The translations under genes and the position numbers were made by a program. The notes under the pieces were generated by a model that saw nothing but the letters and a program-made list of their open reading frames with translations, was not told the DNA's origin and did no database searches. From the IMG/VR virus record IMGVR_UViG_3300045988_117858, positions 16,865 through 80,864 of that record: a stretch of 64,000 bases of DNA. One strand, given 5' to 3'. Positions 56,500 through 64,000 of the stretch are shown one piece after another. The DNA is from a virus. The number at the start of each line of letters is the position of its first letter. The stretch's first letter is position 1.

Positions 56500-58248
56500 G
56501 TGCCAGAAATTTTAAAAAATAGAGGGATTGATGATTATGAAACGTATTTGAACCTCGATGATAGCGTAATTCAAGATTATGCCGATTTAGAGGGTATCAA
56601 AAACGCAGTAAATACAACGATTTTTGCACTTGAAAATGGACATAAAATCGGTATTTTAATTGACGAGGATGTAGACGGATTTTGTTCTGCTTCAATGGCA
56701 TATATGTACTTAAATCGTATTAATAATGAACTTTATGATAGCAAGAGTAGCATTTGTTACTTATTGCATAAAAAAGCAAAAGCTCACGGATTAAGTGAAG
56801 ATATTACTATACCTGAAGACGTAAAACTTTTAATAATTCCAGATGCAGGTACCAACGATGTAACACAGTGTACTGAACTTGTAAATCGTGGCGTACAGAT
56901 TGTAATTCTTGATCACCATGAAAAAGAAGAATCTGAAATTAAAATGCCAGAGGAAGTTATAATTGTAAATAACCAGTGCAGTCCACACTATAAGAACAAA
57001 GACTTATGTGGGGCAGGCGTTGTTTATAGATTTTTGCAAGCAATGGATGACGAATTATGGATCAATTATGCTGATGATTATTTAGATTTATGTGCATTAG
57101 CGAATATCGGTGATGTCATGGATATGAGATCATTTGAGACACGTCGATTAGTGGATAAAGGGATTCAGAATATTCAGAATAAATGCTTTAAAGCACTAAT
57201 TCAGGCACAAGATTATTCAATGCACAGTATTGTTAATATCCATAATGTTCAGTGGTATATCGTTCCAATTATCAATGGTATGGTACGATTTGGTTCTTTG
57301 AAAGATAAAGAATTAGTTTTTAGAGCATTTATTGAAGACTATGAGGTATTTGATTATAAGAAAAGAGCAACAAAAAACAATCCTGCGGAAGTAATCAAAG
57401 AGAACATTTACGATCGTGCTGCTCGATTATGTAAAAATGCTAAAGGTAAACAGGATCGTCAAAAGAAAAAGATGGTTCCGATTATTATGAAAGAAGCAGA
57501 AAAAGATCAAGATAGCAAGATTACTATTCTTGATGTTACAGAAACATTAGATAGTAGTTTGACAGGATTGGTTGCTATTAAGATTGCTGAGGATATGAAC
57601 AGACCATGTTTATTATTACGAAAACATACTAACCAAGAAACAGGATTAGTAGAAATGAGTGGTAGCGCAAGGAATGTAGATCATAGCCCGATTGATAGTT
57701 TGAAAGATGTGATATCCGAAACAAATTCATTTTTATGGGCAAAAGGTCACGCCAATGCATTTGGATGTTCGACAGATAATATTTCTGGAGCAATCACAGA
57801 ATTAAACGACAAGCTGAAAGATGTTAAATATGATGCAACTTATAGGGTTGATTTCATTGTAGATGCTTGCAGATTAGATTTTGAACTACTACAGGAAATG
57901 TCTAAATTGGATAATATTCGTGGGCAGGGTATTGATGATCCGATGATCGCTGTTAAGAATATTACATTAAATAAGGAAGAGATTAATGTTGTTGGTAAGA
58001 AAATGGACACAATCCAATTTAAAATTAATGATATTCCATGCGTGATGTTTAGATGTGATGAAAAAAATAAGATTTATGATTGGATTATGAACGATTTCTC
58101 TGACGAAGGTACAGTTACATTTGAATTAGTAGGAACTGCGCAAACTAATATTTTTAATGGTATTAGACAATATCAAATTGCAGTTGATGATCTTAATGTT
58201 CTGAGCATTACAATAGATGAAGAATTAGACGAAGATATTTGGGATTGA
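56500..58248 (+). CDS. RecJ-like DHH/DHHA1 phosphoesterase (ssDNA exonuclease family)
   Basis: GILIDEDVDGFCSA (motif I), IIPDAGTND (II), VIILDHHE (DHH), AKGHANAFG (DHHA1); GTG start without obvious SD. Confidence 0.8.
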   Translation: MPEILKNRGIDDYETYLNLDDSVIQDYADLEGIKNAVNTTIFALENGHKIGILIDEDVDGFCSASMAYMYLNRINNELYDSKSSICYLLHKKAKAHGLSEDITIPEDVKLLIIPDAGTNDVTQCTELVNRGVQIVILDHHEKEESEIKMPEEVIIVNNQCSPHYKNKDLCGAGVVYRFLQAMDDELWINYADDYLDLCALANIGDVMDMRSFETRRLVDKGIQNIQNKCFKALIQAQDYSMHSIVNIHNVQWYIVPIINGMVRFGSLKDKELVFRAFIEDYEVFDYKKRATKNNPAEVIKENIYDRAARLCKNAKGKQDRQKKKMVPIIMKEAEKDQDSKITILDVTETLDSSLTGLVAIKIAEDMNRPCLLLRKHTNQETGLVEMSGSARNVDHSPIDSLKDVISETNSFLWAKGHANAFGCSTDNISGAITELNDKLKDVKYDATYRVDFIVDACRLDFELLQEMSKLDNIRGQGIDDPMIAVKNITLNKEEINVVGKKMDTIQFKINDIPCVMFRCDEKNKIYDWIMNDFSDEGTVTFELVGTAQTNIFNGIRQYQIAVDDLNVLSITIDEELDEDIWD

Positions 58249-58259
58249 GGTGAAAGTTA

Positions 58260-61200
58260 GTGAGCAGTTCATTACATACACATTCGCATTATTCATTGTT
58301 AGATGGATATGCATTACCTGAAGAAAACTTACAAAGAGCAGAAGAGATAGGACTAAAAGCCCTGGCTATCACAGAACATGGCAATGAGTATAGTTGGTGC
58401 TATTATGATAAGCTTCATGAGAAATATCCAAGTGTTAAATTGATTTTTGGAGTTGAATTTTATGAATGCTTTGATATGACAGAACAGAATAAGGATAGCA
58501 AATATTTCCATTTAATTGTATTGGCAAAGAATGAGAATGGTAGAAAAGCAATTAATCAATTGGTAACTGATTCAAATTTTCATGGATTTTACTACAAGCC
58601 ACGAATTGATCTGAAAGCGTTGAAACCATATGCTAAGCATTTGATTGTAAGTAGTGCTTGTTTAGCATCTAAACTTGCCAGAGAGCCAGATTATCAGAAA
58701 TGTGTTGAATATGTTCGTGAATACAAAGAGATTTTTCCACATTTTTATTTAGAAATGCAGTCACATTCACATCAGGATCAAGTGGTATATAATCAGAAAA
58801 TCTTACAGCTTTCAGTAGATACTAACACACCATACATTATCACAACTGATAGTCATGCTGCTAGAAAAGAAGATCTGTATTATCAGAACTGGCATGTAAA
58901 GCTTGCTCACGATACTGAAACCGCAGCAGAAATTTATGAAGGATGTTATTTACAATCTGACGATGAAATTCATGCAATTATGGATAATCAAATTGGAAAA
59001 GACGCAGTAACTAAAGGGCTTGAAGAAACTGATAGGATTGCAGATTTAATTGATGAAATTCACATGCCATTTCAGGCACCTCAGTTACCATCTTTCCCAT
59101 TACCAGAAGGATTTGAAGATAATTATTCTTATTTAAAGTATCTGATTGATACAGGATGGGTAAAACGAGGATTCGATAAATTACCAGAAGATGAGCAGAA
59201 ACTCAGAAAAGAAAGAATTGATTATGAGTTAGATATTATTCATTCAATGGGATTCGATGGGTATTTCTTAATTGTATGGGATTTTATCAATTTTGCAAGA
59301 GAAAATGGTATTCCAATTGGTGCTGGTCGAGGTAGTTGTGCAGGTAGTTTAGTGTGTTACACGATTACAATTACAGACTTAGATCCTATCAAATATGGAC
59401 TAATTTTTGAAAGATTTTTGAATCCAGAGCGAATTTCAATGCCAGATACAGATACAGATGTTGGTACACGAGATGAGATTATCCAATATTTGATCGATAA
59501 GTATGGCGAAAACAGAGTATGCCAGATTATCAATTTCAGTTTTATTACTCCAATTGTGGCAATCAAAGATGTTGGCAAGGTCTTAGGGTTCAATTATCAC
59601 GAGATGGACAAACTAAGTAAAAAATTTGTATATGACACGATTGAAGAATCTTTATGGAATAACAGAGATTTAGCAGAGAACCCAAGATATGAAGAACTTT
59701 TTGATGTTGCATCACATCTTGCAGGCAGAGTAAAAACAGTATCTTCTCATGCAGGTGGTGTAGGAATTGTAGATACAGATATTAGCGATTATATGGCAAT
59801 GAAGCTTGGAACTGACGGAGAGCACGTTATTCAAGTAGATAAACGTATCGTTGAAGAAATTGGAATTATTAAATTTGATATTCTGGGTGTTGCCACATTA
59901 AACACTGTAAAAGAAGCTGAAATTGACGCAGGGTTAACTGAGTTTGATGTAAATATTAACAATCCAAAGTTTGAAATGGATGAAGGATCATATGAATTAT
60001 TGCGTAGTGCAATGACGAATGGTGTTTTCCAAGTTGAAAGTGCTGGCATGAAGGATTTGTTGGTTAGGTTGCAGGTATCAAACATGGAAGAGTTGGCAGC
60101 TGTATTAGCACTGTATAGACCAGATGCAATGGATGTCTTAGAAGAATTTATTGAGTACAAACATCACCCAGAGAAAATTACATATATCCATCCAGATATG
60201 GAGCCAATCTTAAAGGAAACATATGGATGTATGATTTATCAGGAGCAATTACTTGATATTGTTCGTAAATTTGGTGGTCGAAGTTATGGAGGAGCCGACT
60301 TATTCCGTAAGGCGATTGGTAAAAAGAATATTGAACTTGTGAAGTCTGAATCTAAAAAGCTTTATTACGAGATTATTGAGAATGGATACCCCGAAGAAAT
60401 TGCAAAACAGATTAGCGAGACGTTATCCCAAAAAGGGGGATACTTATTCAATAAAAGTCATGCGTACTCTTACGCTGTATTATGCTTACAAACAGCGTTT
60501 TTAAAGAAACATTATGCGTTGTGTTTTTTTAAGGCATTATTGAATCGTAACAAAGATAAGGCAGGAATGGTAAATAAATATATTCTTGATGCCAAGGCGT
60601 TTAAGATTCAAGTATTACCACCAAACTTAAATAAATCAATGATGAATTTCAGTATTGACGATGTGTATATATTGTTTGGATTATCGGCTATCAGTGGTAT
60701 TGGAGAAAAAATTGCAAAGGTAATTCTTGAAGACCGTGATGAAAATGGTAAATTCATAGGGTTTGAAAACTTTTGCGAACGTATTAATCCAAGTAAATCA
60801 CAGGTTATTCAGTTGATCAAAGCAGGTGCAATTCCAACAAAGAATAAACGTAAAACTTTAATTCAGTATTTGAAATCTATGTATCAGCCAACAACATTCA
60901 AGCCAGTTGCAAAAGCACCGAGTTACAAACAGTTACTTATTAAATGGGATATTGACGCTGAAGATTACCGTATAGGTGAGAAGAAATATGATTACGACAA
61001 AGATGCAATATTAAAAGCTTACAACGATAAAAAGTATGAACTGTATAAAGATAAGGAAAAAGAACGATTTCAGAAATTTATCGCAAAGAATCAAAAATAT
61101 CTTGAGAATGAAGATTTTTGGGAATTTGAAGCATTGCAAATCTTTATCAACGATAACCCATTTGATCAGGCATACAAGTATATGTCAAAACAATTTCAAG

Positions 61201-61493
61201 ATGTTGAAAATGGAGATGATTGTACTGTGGTTGCAGTGATCGCTAAAGTTGATAAAAAGAAAGACAAAAATAAAAAGACATTTGCGTATGTGAATTTATA
61301 TTCTAGTTTTGGATTGACTGAGGCAATCGTCTGGCATTCGCAATTAAAAGAATATGAAGATATGATTACCAAAGGAAATCAGATTGCGATGTTATGCAGA
61401 AAAGATTCAGAAGAGAAGGTTATCGCAAAGAAAATTAAACCATATAAACAATGGCTAGAAGATATTAAGAAAGTGAAGGGGGTTGTCGCCTAA
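58260..61493 (+). CDS. dnaE: DNA polymerase III alpha subunit (DnaE-type) with N-terminal PHP domain
   Basis: LHTHSHYSLLDG (PHP); GYFLIVWDFINFARENGIPIGAGRGSCAGSLVCY (Pol III alpha palm signature); GTG start. Confidence 0.9.
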   Translation: MSSSLHTHSHYSLLDGYALPEENLQRAEEIGLKALAITEHGNEYSWCYYDKLHEKYPSVKLIFGVEFYECFDMTEQNKDSKYFHLIVLAKNENGRKAINQLVTDSNFHGFYYKPRIDLKALKPYAKHLIVSSACLASKLAREPDYQKCVEYVREYKEIFPHFYLEMQSHSHQDQVVYNQKILQLSVDTNTPYIITTDSHAARKEDLYYQNWHVKLAHDTETAAEIYEGCYLQSDDEIHAIMDNQIGKDAVTKGLEETDRIADLIDEIHMPFQAPQLPSFPLPEGFEDNYSYLKYLIDTGWVKRGFDKLPEDEQKLRKERIDYELDIIHSMGFDGYFLIVWDFINFARENGIPIGAGRGSCAGSLVCYTITITDLDPIKYGLIFERFLNPERISMPDTDTDVGTRDEIIQYLIDKYGENRVCQIINFSFITPIVAIKDVGKVLGFNYHEMDKLSKKFVYDTIEESLWNNRDLAENPRYEELFDVASHLAGRVKTVSSHAGGVGIVDTDISDYMAMKLGTDGEHVIQVDKRIVEEIGIIKFDILGVATLNTVKEAEIDAGLTEFDVNINNPKFEMDEGSYELLRSAMTNGVFQVESAGMKDLLVRLQVSNMEELAAVLALYRPDAMDVLEEFIEYKHHPEKITYIHPDMEPILKETYGCMIYQEQLLDIVRKFGGRSYGGADLFRKAIGKKNIELVKSESKKLYYEIIENGYPEEIAKQISETLSQKGGYLFNKSHAYSYAVLCLQTAFLKKHYALCFFKALLNRNKDKAGMVNKYILDAKAFKIQVLPPNLNKSMMNFSIDDVYILFGLSAISGIGEKIAKVILEDRDENGKFIGFENFCERINPSKSQVIQLIKAGAIPTKNKRKTLIQYLKSMYQPTTFKPVAKAPSYKQLLIKWDIDAEDYRIGEKKYDYDKDAILKAYNDKKYELYKDKEKERFQKFIAKNQKYLENEDFWEFEALQIFINDNPFDQAYKYMSKQFQDVENGDDCTVVAVIAKVDKKKDKNKKTFAYVNLYSSFGLTEAIVWHSQLKEYEDMITKGNQIAMLCRKDSEEKVIAKKIKPYKQWLEDIKKVKGVVA

Positions 61494-63756
61494 AGTGGTG
61501 GATAGTACAAAAGAATATGAGTTTGAGATTGTCCCATTATATCAGATTTATTATAATGAAGAATCTTTATTTGGGATTTACACATTCTGTACAGCAGAAG
61601 ATTTACCAGAATGTAAACCATATAATAATAATGATTTTGATGACTTATCCGATAAAAAAATGAATAAATGTGGCAAATTGGTTGGTAATATGCAGGAGTT
61701 GTATTTAGGAACGAAATATAAGGTTAAAGCCAATATGACATATTCTAAGAAATACAATGAATACCAATATAAACCACTTTCTATAGTTGCTGAAGTTCCT
61801 AAAACTTTTGAAGCACAAAAGGTATTTTTAAAAACACAGACGAACGCAGTGATCGCAGATCAATTAATTGCGAAATATCCTAATGTTGTTGAAGATGTAA
61901 TGAATGGTCAGTTAGAGATGATTGACCATTCAGAAATCAAAGGACTAGGAGATAAAACTTGGAAGAAGCTTAGAGATAAAATTATTAAAAACTATGTGAT
62001 TTCTGATATTGTTGTAATGTTGCAACCATATGGGGTTACGTTACCAACGATTGAAAGATTATTGAAATCCGAACCTAATCCAAGTGTTTTAAAAAAACAG
62101 ATTGAACAAAATCCATATATACTAACTAGGGTAAAGGGCATGGGCTTTAAACGAGTTGATGATATTGCGCTCAAGTTAAAACCAGAATTGCGATGCTCAA
62201 ATCAACGGTTAAATGCATTTATTTCTTACGACTTGCATCAAGTTGGTGATAATGATGGACATACATATGTATATATCAAAAATTTAAGAAGCGATATTAG
62301 TAATGCAGCGTCTGAATGTCTACCTATATTTGACGAATGGCTTGATGAAGAATCAGATAAAAAAATACCAAATTATTTATATACATCTGGAGATAAAATT
62401 GGTCTAAAATCGTATCATAAAATTGAAATGGATATTTACGAATTAATTAAAGATATGGAGAAATATTCATTTGGAAACACTACAGATTACGAACCAATAA
62501 CAGATAGTGAGATTAGTCAGACGATTTCCGAAGTTGAAGATGAAGAAGGGTTTATGTTTTCAGAAGAGCAAATTACAGGAGTTAACAAAGCATTAAATTG
62601 TCAAGTTGTGTTTATTTCTGGAGAAGCTGGAACTGGTAAAACAACAATTCTGAAACCAATTATAAAATGCTACCAAAAAAGAAATAACAGCATTGTTGCG
62701 TGTGCGTTATCTGCAAAAGCAGCTCAAAGAATTAAAGAAGCAACAGGTTTAGACTCACGGACTATTCATAGATTACTTGTGGCAGAAGGTATTGATAATT
62801 TTTGCTACAACCAAGATAACCCATTACCTGCTGATGTTGTGATCATGGATGAAAGTAGCATGACAAATGCGAGTCTTTTCTATAATTTTTTATTGGCAAT
62901 TCGACCAGGAACACGATTAATTTTTTGTGGTGATTATATGCAGTTGCCACCGATTGGATTTGGTAATATTTTCTCTGATCTGTTAAAAAAGAAAGGTTTG
63001 AATAGCGTTCAGCTCACCAAACCGATGAGGCAAGCAGAAAAATCTGGTATTTTAACGGATGCAAGAAAGATTCGTAGAGGAATTAACCCATTGGATAGTC
63101 CACAATTAAAAATTGTTCATGGTGAACTAAATGATATGTTTTATTTGTTCAGGAAGAATAGAGAATCGTTATTTAACATGGCAGTAAAGCAGTATATTAA
63201 ATCTGTTAAAGAGGAAGGGCTTGATAATGTTGTGATTATTTCCCCACGAAGAAGCAATTGCACGAACAGTACAGATGAATTGAATAAAGCAGTGCAGAAA
63301 GAATTATTTGCTGGTAATAATAAACCATTTGTCGAATTCAAAGATCGTAAATACTATTTAGGAGATAAGGTATTACAGACTTCAAATGATTACGAGCGAG
63401 ATGTATTCAATGGTGATATTGGATATATTACAGCAATTGATAAAGAAAAAGAAATATGCTTGGTATCTATGAACGCAAATATTGAAGAGAAGATGATTGA
63501 ATATTCTTTCGCTCAGTTAGGACAACTTCAATTGGCATATGCATTAACCACGCATAAACTTCAAGGATCAGCTGCACAAACTGTGATTGGTATTATTGAC
63601 AACACACATTACAAATTGCTTGATAACTGTATGTTATATACGATGTTAACACGAGCTAAGAAAAGATTTGCGCTCCTTGCAGAACCAGAAGCGTTCAAGA
63701 GATGTATCGTAACAAATCATAATAAGAGGCGCACTTGGTTAAGCCTAAAAAATTAA
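61483..63756 (+). CDS. RecD2-like SF1 helicase
   Basis: Walker A VVFISGEAGTGKTT; Walker B VIMDESSM; motif VI LTTHKLQGS; TTG/GTG start overlaps dnaE stop. Confidence 0.85.
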   Translation: MSPKVVDSTKEYEFEIVPLYQIYYNEESLFGIYTFCTAEDLPECKPYNNNDFDDLSDKKMNKCGKLVGNMQELYLGTKYKVKANMTYSKKYNEYQYKPLSIVAEVPKTFEAQKVFLKTQTNAVIADQLIAKYPNVVEDVMNGQLEMIDHSEIKGLGDKTWKKLRDKIIKNYVISDIVVMLQPYGVTLPTIERLLKSEPNPSVLKKQIEQNPYILTRVKGMGFKRVDDIALKLKPELRCSNQRLNAFISYDLHQVGDNDGHTYVYIKNLRSDISNAASECLPIFDEWLDEESDKKIPNYLYTSGDKIGLKSYHKIEMDIYELIKDMEKYSFGNTTDYEPITDSEISQTISEVEDEEGFMFSEEQITGVNKALNCQVVFISGEAGTGKTTILKPIIKCYQKRNNSIVACALSAKAAQRIKEATGLDSRTIHRLLVAEGIDNFCYNQDNPLPADVVIMDESSMTNASLFYNFLLAIRPGTRLIFCGDYMQLPPIGFGNIFSDLLKKKGLNSVQLTKPMRQAEKSGILTDARKIRRGINPLDSPQLKIVHGELNDMFYLFRKNRESLFNMAVKQYIKSVKEEGLDNVVIISPRRSNCTNSTDELNKAVQKELFAGNNKPFVEFKDRKYYLGDKVLQTSNDYERDVFNGDIGYITAIDKEKEICLVSMNANIEEKMIEYSFAQLGQLQLAYALTTHKLQGSAAQTVIGIIDNTHYKLLDNCMLYTMLTRAKKRFALLAEPEAFKRCIVTNHNKRRTWLSLKN

Positions 63757-63799
63757 CTTTCTTTCTTGCACCTATTGACAGGGTGCAAAAAGTATGGTA
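63747..63799 (+). promoter_or_regulatory. promoter/operator element copy 2 (TTGCACC-tattgaca-GGTGCAA, -10 TAAGAT)
   Basis: 51 of 52 nt identical to 19108-19159; overlaps the RecD-like stop codon; precedes a secreted-protein gene. Confidence 0.5.
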
Positions 63800-63833
63800 A
63801 GATGCCAATATGTTAAGGAAAGGAGATACGAAA

Positions 63834-64000
63834 ATGAGAAAAAGATTTTTAATGAAAGTTGTTTCATTTAGCTTCTTAGCAATGTGTTCGGGCTTTATGA
63901 CTCACACAGTTAAAGCAGAGGAGCGACCCTCGGTAGAGACTTCAACCTTATCAACAGAGACAACTGTTGCAGAAAATAAGCAAGGCAATGTGATTTCAAA
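63834..64000 (+). CDS. secreted protein with signal peptide (truncated at window end)
   Basis: AAAGGAGATACG RBS; MRKRFLMKVVSFSFLAMCSGFMTHTVKAEE signal peptide. Confidence 0.45.
   Translation, partial: MRKRFLMKVVSFSFLAMCSGFMTHTVKAEERPSVETSTLSTETTVAENKQGNVIS

Noticed and set aside
56483-56530. Possible programmed frameshift at the RecJ-like gene start (SD-served ATG at 56483 out of frame with the GTG 56500 ORF)
   Set aside because: No canonical slippery heptamer is present, and a simple GTG start explains the ORF. Kept only as a note under the start-codon finding.
19108-63799. The two 52-nt direct repeats as attL/attR of a 44.6-kb integrated element
   Set aside because: The repeat carries a complete consensus promoter plus operator and sits in front of genes in both copies. 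Phage-type genes continue on both sides with no host-like genes. The integrase lies outside the delimited segment, not adjacent to either repeat. A duplicated promoter module is more parsimonious.
1-64000. CRISPR arrays, rRNA genes, transposase/IS elements
   Set aside because: No regularly spaced short direct repeats, no rRNA-like conserved blocks and no transposase motifs (DDE/HUH) were seen on either strand.

Overview
This window reads as a continuous 64-kb stretch of a large, AT-rich phage or prophage of a low-GC Gram-positive (Firmicutes-type) host. Nearly every gene is on the + strand and tightly packed, with GGAGG-type ribosome-binding sites and frequent TTG/GTG start codons. No capsid, portal, terminase or tail genes are present, so this is the early/middle plus replication part of a larger genome.

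Roughly in order: (1) 0-17 kb holds more than 30 small host-takeover-like ORFs. The first dozen share a stereotyped junction (TAGAAAGAAGGTGGAAATTATG). This region also holds three Bro-N/Ant-like antirepressors, a GIY-YIG endonuclease and a replisome-organizer-like protein. (2) 17-22 kb holds a tyrosine recombinase, a metallophosphoesterase and an orphan MazF/PemK-like toxin. A strong promoter/operator element sits here and is repeated 44.6 kb downstream. (3) 27.2-30.9 kb is a four-gene NAD+ module: PncA nicotinamidase, a divergent PRPP-synthetase homolog, a NAMPT/NadV homolog and NadE. This looks like a NARP1-type NAD+-reconstitution counter-defence pathway extended with deamidated-route enzymes. 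It is followed by a flotillin and a membrane-anchored PspA-like coiled-coil protein. (4) At 33.57-33.70 kb there is a tRNA(CAU)-like gene interrupted by a 67-nt insertion in its anticodon loop. Next to it is the only minus-strand gene, a Cro-like HTH repressor, with a divergent promoter/operator. (5) 34-49 kb is an accessory region. It carries tandem DUF2829/Tad2-like small proteins, two nucleoside-2-deoxyribosyltransferase/LOG-like proteins and an NrnA-like DHH-DHHA1 gene whose frame is kept intact but carries two in-frame TAA codons. It also carries a membrane J-domain-like protein, a HicB-like protein, a PcfJ-like protein and an NTase+HigA-like pair. Two sigma-70-family factors sit at 43038-43589 and 49930-50472. 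(6) 50.6-63.8 kb is a complete phage replisome: an SSB-like protein, a RecA-like ATPase, DnaB-like helicase, DnaG-like primase, RecJ-like DHH exonuclease, DnaE-type polymerase III alpha and a RecD2-like helicase. No CRISPR arrays or rRNA genes were seen. All protein calls rest on motif-level recognition from reading the sequence.
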